A stretch of DNA of 64,000 nt from Macrostomum hystrix (taxonomy: Eukaryota > Animalia > Platyhelminthes), in the NCBI GenBank assembly GCA_950097015.1, contig CATNEN010000039.1:16988001-17052000 (forward strand), given 5' to 3'. The position numbers and the translations under genes were made by a program. Positions 37,085-48,939 of the stretch are shown here, piece by piece. The notes under the pieces were generated by a model. It was not told the origin of the DNA. It was given only the letters and a program-made list of their open reading frames with translations, and made no database searches. Within the stretch, counting starts at the first letter, position 1, and the number at the start of each line of letters is the position of its first letter.

Positions 37085-37348
37085 TCTACCATCTCTCCGA
37101 GTCACTCTAACATATCCATCAGTCACTCTACCATCTCTCCGAGTCACTCTAACATATCCATCAGTCACTCTACCATCTCTCCGAGTCACTCTAACATATC
37201 CATCAGTCACTCTACCATCTCTCCGAGTCACTCTAACATATCCATCAGTCACTCTACCATCTCTCCGAGTCACTCTAACATATCCATCAGTCACTCTACC
37301 ATCTCTCCGAGTCACTCTAACATATCCATCAGTCACTCTACCATCTCT
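37085..37348. repeat. 42-bp tandem repeat, ~6 near-perfect copies
   Basis: CTACCATCTCTCCGAGTCACTCTAACATATCCATCAGTCACT. Confidence 0.95.
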
Positions 37349-38014
37349 TCTTTTAGTTTAAGTTTGCTTGTTGCTTGTTTTGTTGATGTTATTTGAATTA
37401 TACTTTTTGATGAAGCTTCGAGTCGAAGTCCATTGAGACTTTTTTAGGCCAATATGGAGGCACAGAAATTGTAATTATTCATAATATATAGCCTACCCAG
37501 CAACAGCGCTCGCGCACTGATCAGAACTTTTTTCTCACCGTCTATGCCTCGCTCGTGTTCTTTCTGATAACCAATTTGACAGAAAATTCTAAGTACATTC
37601 TGTGTAATTATAGTTTCCTTTCGTTTGGTAGCTTATAGGAATTTCTTAAGCCCGAGTAAGTATGATAACAAGAGAATAAAAGTACACGCGTACTCGGACA
37701 CTTAATATTCAAAATTCCCCCTTTTTAACGAGATTTAAATTTTTAAACGATTTTATATTCCTAAAACTTTCGATTCCTTTGCGAATAATTCTGTTCTCAG
37801 GTTTCAGATTCTCTGAAATGCAAGTTACTCTTGTTCTTTTATCTAATCTATCCGTTTCTCAGATTTTCTTCTGATTTCTGTTCTCCGATTTATGAATAAC
37901 CGAAAATTTAAATCTCCGAATCTTGCTGAACAATACTCGTAGTTAGTAGCTTAAGCGAATGAGATGATTTTCGCAAATTATGTTTTTCTAATTATTGATC
38001 AAACAAAATACAAA

Positions 38015-38965
38015 GAGAGATGACACAGGGAGAGATGATAAAGGGGATTGATCAGACACGGGATTGATGAGACAGGGGATTGATCAGACACGGGATTGAT
38101 GAGACAGGGGATTGATGAGACAGGGGATTGATGAGACAGGGGATTGATGAGACAGGGGATTGATGAGACAGGGGATTGATCAGACACGGGATTGATGAGA
38201 CAGGGGATTGATGAGACAGGGGATTGATAAGACACGGGATTGATGAGACAGGGGAGAGATGAGACAGGGGGTTGATGAGACAGGGGATTGATGAGACAGG
38301 GGACTGATGAGACAGGGGATTGATGAGACAGGGGATTGATGAGACAGGGGATTGATGAGACAGGAGAGAGATGAGACAGGGGAGAGATGAGACAGGGGAG
38401 AGATGAGACAGGGGATAGATGAGACAGGCGATAGATGAGACAGGGGATTGATGAGACAGGGGAGAGATGAGACAGGGGATTGATGAGACAGGGGAGAGAT
38501 GAGACAGGGGATTGATGAGACAGGGTAGAGATGAGACAGGGGATTGATCAGACACGGGATTGATGAGACAGGGGATTGATGAGACAGGAGAGAGATGAGA
38601 CAGGGGAGAGATGAGACAGGGGAGAGATGAGACAGGGGATAGATGAGACAGGGGATAGATGAGACAGGCGATAGATGAGACAGGGGATTGATGAGACAGG
38701 GGAGAGATGAGACAGGGGATTGATGAGACAGGCGATAGATGAGACAGGGGATTGATGAGACAGGGGAGAGATGAGACAGGGGAGAGATGAGACACGGGAG
38801 AGATGAGACAGGGGAGAGACAGGGAAGAGATGAGACAGGGAGAGATGAGACAGGGAGAGATGAGACACGGGGAGAGATGAGACAGGGAGAGATGAGACAC
38901 GGGGAGAGATGAGACAGGGAGAGATGAGACACGGGGAGAGATGAGACAGGGAGATATGAGACAGG
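38015..38965. repeat. 16-bp minisatellite (GAGACAGGGGATTGAT / GAGACAGGGGAGAGAT), related to 29850-31880
   Basis: Direct inspection. Confidence 0.93.
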
Positions 38966-38971
38966 ATATTA

Positions 38972-39054
38972 TAGGTGTTCGAAGGGGCAACGGGCCGGAT
39001 TTGGGAGCTTCGAGGGCCGCATCTGGCCCGCGGGCCGGAGTTTGCGGACCCCTG
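38972..39054 (-). mobile_element. hAT (Charlie-like) transposon terminus
   Basis: Reverse complement starts CAGGGGTCCGCAAACTCCGGCCCGCGGGCC, a typical hAT end with a GGCCCGCGGGCC palindrome. The opposite end was not found. Confidence 0.65.
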
Positions 39055-39456
39055 TGCCAGTCAGTCTATCCTTAGATCAATTTTTCATCAGTGAAGTGCT
39101 GCTTATTTTTAACTCCTAACACCTAGTAGAATGTACCCATCACTCAATTGACAACTAAAATCGCTAAAAGCTGCTGAAGTGTGCTGTTTAGAATCAATTT
39201 ATTATATCGCTTTGCGTGCCACCTTCTTGTCAGGTCTTTTCCTATTCAGCATGTCTATTATAACATTGTAAATAACTAATTCAGCGCTTGTGAAGTGTCT
39301 TGTCTGTTGTGTTTCAGTTTCCGTGCTGAATAGCTAAAAGTACTGTAGGACCACTTATTCACATTAGAAATTATTCCAAAACACAATAGACCGTGCATCG
39401 GAAAGTGTTTTAATTTTTGGAGAAATAATAGTTTATTTTGTTTTGAACATTTTTAA

Positions 39457-41612
39457 TCAATTGGGAAATTCCAACTCTTTATTGATCGATTGGGAAATCC
39501 ACCTCTTTATTGATCGATTGGGAAATCCAACTCTTTATTGATCGATTGGGAAATCCAACTCTTTATTGATCGATTGGGAAATCCAACTCTTTATTAATCG
39601 ATTGGGAAATCCAACTCTTTATTGATCGATGGGAAATCCAACTCTTTATTGATCGATGGGAAATCCAACTCTTTATTGATCGATTGGGAAATCCAACTCT
39701 TTATTGATCGATTGGGAAATCCAACTCTTTATTAATCGATTGGGAAATCCAACTCTTTATTGATCGATGGGAAATCCAACTCTTTATTGATCGATTGGGA
39801 AATCCACCTCTTTATTGATCGATTGGGAAATCCACCTCTTTATTGATCGATTGGGAAATCCAACTCTTTATTGATCGATTGGGAAATCCAACTCTTTATT
39901 GATCGATTGGGAAATCCAACTCTTTATTGATCGATTGGGAAATCCACCTCTTTATTGATCGATTGGGAAATCCACCTCTTTATTGATCGATTGGGAAATC
40001 CAACTCTTTATTGATCAATGGGAAATCCAACTCTTTATTGATCAATGGGAAATCCACCTCTTTATTGATCGATTGGGAAATCCGACTCTTTATTGATCGA
40101 TTGGGAAATCCGACTCTTTATTGATCGATTGGGAAATCCACCTCTTTATTGATCGATTGGGAAATCCAACTCTTTATTGATCGATTGGGAAATCCAACTC
40201 TTTATTGACCGATTGGGAAATCCAACTCTTTATTGACCGATTGGGAAATCCACCTCTTTATTGATCGATTGGGAAATCCACCTCTTTATTGATCGATTGG
40301 GAAATCCACCTCTTTATTGATCGATTGGGAAATCCAACTCTTTATTGACCGATTGGGAAATCCAACTCTTTATTGACCGATTGGGAAATCCACCTCTTTA
40401 TTGATCGATTGGGAAATCCACCTCTTTATTGATCGATTGGGAAATCCAACTCTTTATTGATCGATCGGGAAATCCAACTCTTTATTGATCGATTGGGAAA
40501 TCCACCTCTTTATTGATCGATTGGGAAATCCACCTCTTTATTGATCGATTGGGAAATCCAACTCTTTATTGATCAATGGGAAATCCAACTCTTTATTGAT
40601 CAATGGGAAATCCACCTCTTTATTGATCGATTGGGAAATCCGACTCTTTATTGATCGATTGGGAAATCCGACTCTTTATTGATCGATTGGGAAATCCACC
40701 TCTTTATTGATCGATTGGGAAATCCAACTCTTTATTGATCGATTGGGAAATCCAACTCTTTATTGACCGATTGGGAAATCCAACTCTTTATTGACCGATT
40801 GGGAAATCCACCTCTTTATTGATCGATTGGGAAATCCACCTCTTTATTGATCGATTGGGAAATCCACCTCTTTATTTATCGATTGGGAAATCCAACTCTT
40901 TATTGACCGATTGGGAAATCCAACTCTTTATTGACCGATTGGGAAATCCACCTCTTTATTGATCGATTGGGAAATCCACCTCTTTATTGATCGATTGGGA
41001 AATCCAACTCTTTATTGATCGATTGGGAAATCCAACTCTTTATTGATCGATTGGGAAATCCGACTCTTTATTGACCGATTGGGAAATCCACCTCTTTATT
41101 GATCAATGGGAAATCCACCTCTTTATTGATCGATTGGGAAATCCACCTTTTTATTGATCGATTGGGAAATCCAACTCTTTATTGACCGATTGGGAAATCC
41201 AACTCATTATTGATCGATTGGGAAATCCGACTCTTTATTGATCGATTGGGAAATCCACCTCTTTATTGATCGATTGGGAAATCCAACTCTTTATTGACCG
41301 ATTGGGAAATCCGACTCTTTATTGATCGATTGGGAAATCCGACTCTTTATTGATCGATTGGGAAATCCACCTCTTTATTGATCGATTGGGAAATCCGACT
41401 CTTTATTGATCGATTGGGAAATCCAACTCTTTATTGATCGATTGGGAAATCCAACTCTTTATTGACCGATTGGGAAATCCACCTCTTTATTGATCAATGG
41501 GAAATCCACCTCTTTATTGATCGATTGGGAAATCCACCTCTTTATTGATCGATTGGGAAATCCAACTCTTTATTGACCGATTGGGAAATCCAACTCATTA
41601 TTGATCGATTGA
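39457..41612. repeat. 28-bp minisatellite (GATCGATTGGGAAATCCAACTCTTTATT) just upstream of the NR1 start
   Basis: Direct inspection; roughly 77 units. Confidence 0.96.
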
Positions 41613-41739
41613 GATGAACATTCTGAAATCCACCTCTATGAATGAATGATTGATTACCAGCAGGTAAATCTATCATTATGATTTATTCGATTATTTAAAG
41701 TAGCTCACCCTGTTTTTAATTTCCAGTCGCAAAAAGATA

Positions 41740-42468
41740 ATGCCGCCTCCTTCGCCTCTACTCAAAGTAGTATTCCTCGAGCTACTAATCGTTATTCAGC
41801 ATCATCTGTACTACAGTCAAGCTTTGGACACTGGCCTGTCCTCTGGCGGCCGTTTAATCGAAGCCAAATTCACCGTTGCCGCTCTGCTTAGCAACGAGCG
41901 AATGGTTGATAATTTTCGACAAGAATTAGCCGCTCAAAGTGGACGCCAAGTGGCAGTGAAGGATGGCAACGGTACAGCCATCAGGGTAAATCTCTTCCCA
42001 TTGGCTGCCACCGTATCGGCCACTCCCCTGGAAACAGCCTATCAGATCTGCAACTCGGTGCTTAGCAACACTACTAGGCTATTTGGCGTGATTGTTAGTC
42101 ACCAGCACGATAAATCAGAGATCGGTCCGTTGACAGCGTCATTCACCTGCTCGTTTTATCGCATTCCACTCATCGGCGTCACAGCCAGGGACAGCAGTTT
42201 CTCGGACAAGTATTCTCACGCCAGCTTCCTACGGACCGTGCCACCTTATTCTCAGCAGGCCGACGGGTGGGCCCAACTCATTGCCGCATTCGATTGGACT
42301 CAAGTTGTGCTCATACACAGCTCTGATGTTGAAGGCCGGATACTGCTGTCTAGACTGGAGACTCTGTCAGAGCAGGCTACAAGCCGATTCTCTATTAGTA
42401 AAGCCGTTGAATTGTACGATGATAATAGAAATTTCACTCGAGTTCTTGAACCGGTTGCAAATGAACAG
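41740..42468 (+). CDS. GRIN1: NMDA receptor subunit NR1, coding exon 1 (signal peptide and ATD)
   Basis: SFTCSFYRIPLIGVTARDSSFSDKYSHASFLRTVPPYSQQADGW is diagnostic of NR1; acceptor at 41726, donor GTGAGT at 42469. Confidence 0.93.
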
Positions 42469-42549
42469 GTGAGTACGATTCATTTACGGATAAGGAATTA
42501 CTTAGTCGTTTGGGATTTGGACTTTGTACTTTTAGCTATTAAAAGATCA

Positions 42550-43330
42550 TGTGATCTAAGACTTGGGATTCTTGTGTTCTAAGACTTGGGATTCTTGTGA
42601 TCTAAGACTTGGGATTCTTGTGATCTAAGACTTGGGATTCTTGTGATCTAAGACTTGGGATTCTTGTGATCTAAGACTTGGGATTCTTGTGATCTAAGAC
42701 TTGGGATTCTTGTGATCTAAGACTTGGGATTCTTGTGATCTAAGACTTGGGATTCTTGTGATCTAAGACTTGGGATTCTTGTGATCTAAGACTTGGGATT
42801 CTTGTGATCTTAGACTTGGGATTCTTGTGATCTAAGACTTGGGATTCTTGTGATCTAAGACTTGGGATTCTTGTGATCTTAGACTTGGGATTCTTGTGAT
42901 CTAAGACTTGGGATTCTTGTGATCTAAGACTTGGGATTCTTGTGATCTAAGACTTGGGATTCTTGTGATCTAAGACTTGGGATTCTTGTGATCTAAGACT
43001 TGGGATTCTTGTGATCTAAGACTTGGGATTTGTGAGATCTAAGATTTGGGATTCTTGTGATCTGAGACTTGGGATTTTTGTGATTGGGATTCTTGTGATC
43101 TTAGACTTGGGATTCTTGGGATCTTAGACTTGGGATTCTTGGGATCTTTGATTTGTTATTCTTGGGATCTTAGCCTTGTGATTGTTGGTGTGTTAGACTT
43201 GGGATTCTTGTAATCTTTTGGGATTCTCGGATTTTTGGATTCTGGGATTCTGGGATTCTTGGATTCTGGGATTCTGGGATTCTGTGATTCTCGGATTCTT
43301 GGATTCTGGGATTCTAGAACTCTAGGATTC
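42550..43330. repeat. 23-bp minisatellite (GTGATCTAAGACTTGGGATTCTT), decaying to an 8-bp GGGATTCT repeat
   Basis: Direct inspection. Confidence 0.93.
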
Positions 43331-43462
43331 TCGGATTTTGGAATATTGTTTCGCGCTTCATTTTGCAACAGTCGACCAGCAAGCTAGAAAGCACTATTTT
43401 TGTGAATAACAAGCTGAAAGTCTACTATGAGTAGAGCATAGCGATCGTGTCGCATCCGACAG

Positions 43463-43959
43463 GTTCGCGCTATCCTACTGTACGCTCGCAAATCCGAAGC
43501 CGACGAGGTGCTGACCGCCGCGCGCAGTTTGGGCATGTTCGGTCCGGACTGGGGCTGGCTGGTGTCCGAGCAGACGCTGGAGGGCGCCATGGAGGCCGCC
43601 ATCAACAAGACGCTGCCGCAGGGTCTCATCGGCCTGCGCCTGAGCCGCAGCCAGGAGTCGCTGCACCTCGCCGACGCTGTGCGGGCCATGCGAATCGGCA
43701 TCGAACGATTGGTCGAGCGAGAGTGCTCGGCCAATCCTGCGGCCAAGTCCTGCACGGACCTGCTCCAGGTGCAAACTCCGAGGGACTGCGGCGCCCCGGC
43801 CGGCGGAGTTCGCCGAGGTAGACGACGCCGCCGTTCGGTCCGCAGCATCGACGATAAGCGTCATCGGGCCCGACGCAGCGACCGGCAGTGGGGAGGAAGA
43901 GGTTTCGACCAGTTTAGTTATAAGCCTGAGTGGGGCAAGTTTGGCAACAAAATTTTCGA
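43463..43959 (+). CDS. GRIN1: NR1 exon 2 (ATD with Arg-rich insertion)
   Basis: VRAILLYARKSEA..LGMFGPDWGWLVSE..PQGLIGL..HLADAV..PRDC; phase 0 to phase 2. Confidence 0.9.
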
Positions 43960-44099
43960 GTGAGTAGCTTTTGAATTCGCTAACAATTTGTCACCTATGC
44001 TCAAATCCTGTACCTGATTTTATCGTGCTTTTAGTATCCAGGACCGTAATATTTGAGTTTAAATTATTCCGAATCTTCATTTTTAAGTCTGCAAAATCC

Positions 44100-44490
44100 C
44101 ATATCCTCATCTAAAATATCCCAGATCCTGATACTGAGTCAAAAATATCCCAGATCCTAATATTTGAGTCTAAAATTTCCCATATCCTTATATTTGAGTC
44201 TAAAATATCCCAGATCCTCATATTTGAGTCTAAAATATCATATATCCTCATATTTAAGTCTAAATTATCCTATATCCTCATATTTGAGTCTATAATATCC
44301 CAAATCTTAATCTTTTAAGTCTAAAATATCCCAGATCCTTATATTTGAGTCTAGAATATCCCAGATCCTGATACTGAGTGAAAAATATCATAGATCCTCA
44401 TATTTAAGTATAAAATTTTTCAGATCCTCATATTTGAGTCTGCAATATCCTAAATACTAATTTGTAAATCTAAAATATCCCAAATCCTCA
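44100..44490. repeat. Degenerate 30-bp repeat (AAAATATCCCAGATCCTCATATTTGAGTCT)
   Basis: Direct inspection. Confidence 0.85.
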
Positions 44491-44555
44491 AAACTGAGTA
44501 GACAGTTATCCCGGATTCGATAAAACAAATAAAATCCTCTGAAATCCCCATTCAG

Positions 44556-44855
44556 CTCTCTCGTTAGCGTTGAATTCACGGACGGCTCCACCGGTCACGT
44601 GGCTTTCGACGCCAACGGCGACCGTCGCCACTCCGTCTACCAGATTGTCAACGCCGACTCAGCCGGGCGGTTAATTCCAGTCGGCACCTACGGCGTCCCG
44701 GTTGTCTCCGACCCGACCGACCCGGCGGCCGTGAGGGCTGCTGCGGGTGCCGTCGCTAGCTCTGGCGGCGTCGTGGCCGGCGTTGGCGGCAGCTACGTCA
44801 GCTTGTTGAACATCTCCATGGAACTGGTGCGCTGGCCGGGGAACATGACCTACAG
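44556..44855 (+). CDS. GRIN1: NR1 exon 3 (end of ATD)
   Basis: DGSTGHVAFDANGDRRHSVYQIVN...VRWPGN. Confidence 0.9.
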
Positions 44856-44864
44856 GTGAGCGCC

Positions 44865-45230
44865 CTGACCTACTGTGACCTAGCCTTGACCCACTGTGGC
44901 CCAGCCTTGACTCATTCTGCCCTAGCCTTGACCCACGCTGACCATGCCTTGACCCAATTCGACCTGGCTCGTGCACGCTGACCCAGCCTTGACCCAGAGT
45001 GACCTAGCCTTGACCCACTCTGACCTGGCCTGACCCGCTCTGAACTGGCTTTAACCCCCTCTGACCTAGCCTGACCCACTCTAATCATGCCTTGAACCAA
45101 TTCGACCTGGCCCGTCCACGCTGACCCAGCCTTGACCCAATCTGACCTAGCCTGACCCACTCTAACCATGCCTTAACCACTCCGACCTAGCTTTGACCCA
45201 CACTGACCTAGCCTGACCCAACCTGACCAA
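44865..45230. repeat. Degenerate ~21-bp repeat (GACCTAGCCTTGACCCACTCT)
   Basis: Direct inspection. Confidence 0.8.
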
Positions 45231-45241
45231 ACGTTGGACAG

Positions 45242-45504
45242 GCGCCACGTGAAGGAGACTTGCACTCCGGGCGGTCGCGGACGCTGCTGGCGCGGTGTCG
45301 GCGTCGGCGGCCGCGGCGGCTCCCGCGAGGTAGCCAGCGCTCCATTCAGCTTCAAGCGCAAGACCACCCTGCGAGTGGTGACTAAGCTTAGTAAACCGTT
45401 CGTGCTCAACCGGACGAAGGAGGCCAACACTAGCTGCCTGCACAATCCGAATCCTGCCAATTTTAGCGGCGAAGTCGACTGCACCTGGCAGGATCCAAGA
45501 ACTG
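45242..45504 (+). CDS. GRIN1: NR1 exon 4 (start of S1); 5' boundary 45242 or 45338
   Basis: TTLRVVTKLSKPFV..C..C; both acceptors are in phase; donor GTGAGA at 45505. Confidence 0.82.
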
Positions 45505-45561
45505 GTGAGACTATATTTAGTATCCCTGTTATCCCTGTTTGGGATATTTTACTACTATACT

Positions 45562-45655
45562 AATCATCAGGCAGTGCACACTGTCAACTGCGCCTTGTAG
45601 GTTGGTCCTCCACGACAAGCCCCTAAGACACAAATAAATGTGGCCTCATTGCGGC
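45562..45655 (-). mobile_element. Decayed SINE fragment (same family as 1430-1660)
   Basis: CATCAGGCAGTG, GCCTTG..GGTTGG, CACGACAAGCCCC, AATGTGGCCTC. Confidence 0.6.
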
Positions 45656-46396
45656 CTCAATGCGCCACACACAAGAAATAGTAAAGACCAACAAATATTA
45701 ATACTTTTTAGTGCATACACATTTATTCATAATGTAACAGTAACAAGTAGAAAAACAAAAAAATTATTTATGAGCATTAAATTTACAATATAACTAAATA
45801 TAGATTCAGTCAGAAGCAGATCGGCATGCAAATTTGCACTATTAATTCAGTGGTTTATTAAGAAACAAGCAAAAAATCTAACACGAAGGACGTTAATTAA
45901 ACTTTTCAACAATACGGCTAAAATTTACAAAAAAACTTTTTTTAATACACGCAAACTATACTACTTACTAATAAGTAGCTTAAAAGCTAAGGACGATATG
46001 TTGCGTTTACGCGGTTAATCTTTTGAAAGCGGAAAGCGAAAAGCGGTTTAACGAGTAACTAATTTAACATAGATTTGAGGTTATTTTTTTGGCGTCCGAA
46101 GCTGATCAACAAAGTTAATAATGGCCATGTTAACTTATCAAAGCTAGAATTTTATAAAGTGACATTTTAGCTAGCGAGTGAAGCTTTCATTGGCATTATT
46201 AAAAAACTATAATTCAAGGCAAATAGCAAGTTTTCTATCGTATATTGCAGTCGGAAGCGATGTAGACAATTTGTCTGGTGAGGAGCGAAAATTTAACATG
46301 CTAACGAAGCACTTGAAATTCACATTTCCCTCAGTATGCTAATCATAATTTTCGGACTAAATACTCAATCCAGCTACTATGAGTAGGCTAATTGTT

Positions 46397-47503
46397 TTAG
46401 ACAACAACCAGAGTTGTGATCGCTCTGGCCTCCAGGTCACTGTCCTCAGGCACAGAGGTCATTAGGGTTACGCCGGGTCTTAACTGCGGAGTCTTCGGTG
46501 CTGTCTTCTCCTCCTCCTCGGCGGCGGCGGCGGCGGCCTTCTTTGGCGACGTTGAAGCCGGCTCTTCGGACTCGTCGCCGTTAGGAGGATTATTCGCCGA
46601 TTTTTCGGGACTTTCAACTTGAGCCTGGACGATTTCAACTTCGCCATCCTTGCCAGCTGCCGGAGCAGCTTCGGCGCTTGTCGGCTTGGCGCCGTGATGC
46701 CGACGATGCCGGCCGTTGTGCGGCGGCTTCTTCTTGCTGTTGTCGGTGTTGTCGGGTCCGGCACCGGCCGTGGGAGTTCCGGCCGCTGCGATCATTGCCT
46801 GAACTTCCATCTCTTTCTCTTCATCCTTGGCTAGTTGGGTATTTTTTCTCCGGCTCCAACCTTTGTAGACCATCATTGAGATGACGGTGATGAGCAGGAA
46901 GGCTACGCACAGGCCAATAATGATGAGAAACGTGTGCCTGGACTGACCGCTAGTCGATGAATTTCCATCGCCCAGATTCTGTACGCCGGATCCATAAGGT
47001 AGCTTCGGTAATAGACACTGCGGACGACTGCTCAACACTAGACGATTGGGATCGAACCCTGGCGGGCACGGCTCGGAGAGATTGGCTGAGCCAATGATTC
47101 GACTTTGATTTAGGCCGGCTAGAAGATCCGGCGCAGATTTCACAGCGTCTGGTAGGCTGCAGAATGCGGCTTGTTCAATCTCTTGAATTGGATTCCCAGA
47201 TAGGTTTAGACTAGTTAGGGAGGCCAGGCCTAGCAGTGCTCTTTGGCCAATAATTCGGATTTGATTGTTGGCCAGATTTAATTGTTCTAAATATCTCATT
47301 ATGCCGAAATTTCTGTCGAATAAACAGATTAGCGAGCCGTTGCTAAGATCTAATATTCGCAGATTCGTTAATCCGGATAGGACGCTGTTGCTAAGGCTGC
47401 GAAAACGATGACCGCTCAGATCTAATTGACGAAGATTGCTCAGGCGTTCCAAAGCTTTCGGAATTTGCTCCTCGGCTAGGCGAGCATTGACCATTCGTAG
47501 CGT
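46397..47503 (-). CDS. Nested LRR single-pass membrane protein, terminal exon (LRRs, TM, low-complexity tail)
   Basis: LRQLDLSGH, LRILDLSNG, LEQLNLANNQI, LTSLNLSGNPI; TM FLIIIGLCVAFLLITVISMMVY; ends LVVV*; no TIR or kinase domain. Confidence 0.9.
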   Translation of the reverse strand, partial: TLRMVNARLAEEQIPKALERLSNLRQLDLSGHRFRSLSNSVLSGLTNLRILDLSNGSLICLFDRNFGIMRYLEQLNLANNQIRIIGQRALLGLASLTSLNLSGNPIQEIEQAAFCSLPDAVKSAPDLLAGLNQSRIIGSANLSEPCPPGFDPNRLVLSSRPQCLLPKLPYGSGVQNLGDGNSSTSGQSRHTFLIIIGLCVAFLLITVISMMVYKGWSRRKNTQLAKDEEKEMEVQAMIAAAGTPTAGAGPDNTDNSKKKPPHNGRHRRHHGAKPTSAEAAPAAGKDGEVEIVQAQVESPEKSANNPPNGDESEEPASTSPKKAAAAAAEEEEKTAPKTPQLRPGVTLMTSVPEDSDLEARAITTLVVV

Positions 47504-47529
47504 CTGGTTGAGGGGTGCAGTCGTGGGTA

Positions 47530-48210
47530 ATCATGAATTCCAAGAAATGCTTGTGAGTTCTAAGAAAGGATTTAAATTCTAAAAAAGGGTGTGAATTCTA
47601 GGAAAGTATGTGAATTCTAAGAAAGGATTGTGAAAGATTTCAAGGGACTGAAGATATACTAAGAAAAAGATCGGGAATTCTAAGAAAAGTTGTGAATTCT
47701 AAGAAATGGTGTGAATTCTAAAAAAGGATGATCAATTCTAAGAAAAGATTATCAATTCTAAGAAAGGATTCGGAATTTGGAAAAGGATATGGCTTTAAAG
47801 AAAGGATTATAAATTCAAAGAAAATTTAGGATCAAAAGAGATTGTGAATAAAAAAAACGATATGAATTCTAAGACAGAGATTGGAAATTCTAAGAAAGGC
47901 TGTAAATCAAATGAATGGATGTGAATTCTAAGAAAGGTTGTGAATTTTTTGAAATTATTGCAAATTCTAAGAAGGGATTTTGAATTCTAAGAATGGATTG
48001 TGAGTTCTAAGAAAGCGATGGTGAACTCTAAAAATTGAGAACCGACTATCAATTCCAAGAAAGATGTATGAGTTCTAAGAAATAGGTGCTGTGTATTCTA
48101 AGAAATAGTTATTGATTCAGAGGAAAGACTTAATATTCTTAGAAAGGACGATCTATTCTAAGAAATAATTTCTAATTCCATGAATGTTTTAATTTCTAAG
48201 AAAGGATTTC
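47530..48210. repeat. Degenerate ~21-bp repeat (GTGAATTCTAAGAAAGGATT)
   Basis: Direct inspection. Confidence 0.8.
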
Positions 48211-48278
48211 TTATTTTAAAATAATAATTTAGCTAATTAAAATCCCGAAGTCCTAAAGTACAGTCTCCATCAGCTTAC

Positions 48279-48690
48279 CTGCAGTTGAGTATTATTATCG
48301 AATCGACCGTCAAGTTTCTGCTCCCAGATTTTGACCAGCTCATCGTCCCTCAGCTGAGGCAGCAGTATGTTTAATTCGCGCAGTCCGCCAAGGCCGGTGA
48401 AGGCGGCCGGCTGAATGTACTGCACAATGTTGCCCTCAAGCATTAGGCGACGCAGATTTGGCATCGAGCCAAAAGCGTCATCGTCTAATTTCTTAAATTT
48501 GCTATTTCTCAGAGTGAGATCTAGCAGGGCGTTGCGAGTGTCCTGCGGCAGGCTGGCCAGGTACAGGCTGTCCACCCGAGCATTGTCTATGGTCAAAGTG
48601 CGCAGGGCGGGTAGCCGTCCAATCCAGGTGCTGTTCAGGGTGTCAATTTTGCAGCCGCCGCTAATGCTGAGTTCGGCAAGATTGGCAAGG
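48279..48690 (-). CDS. Nested LRR gene, middle coding exon
   Basis: LANLAELSISG..LLDLTLRNSKFKKLDDDAFGSMPNLRRLMLEGNIV; phase 2 to phase 0. Confidence 0.88.
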
Positions 48691-48939
48691 CTGTAATGGT
48701 GGGGCGAGGAAAAGCTTATTTAGTCACTTATTAGATGACGAGGCATTAATGTATTTCAAATATATTGATAGTTGCTCGCGCTGTTTGCTTTTATTTCTAG
48801 AAGAATATTTTTAGCTTAGATTTTACGAATCACTGTTTTTGCATTTCTTGGAAGCTAAATCGCGAAAGTAGTTAATTATCGATATAGTTAACTAGATTTT
48901 TTTATTTCTATAAAAATTCTAGAGAATATAGATATAAAT

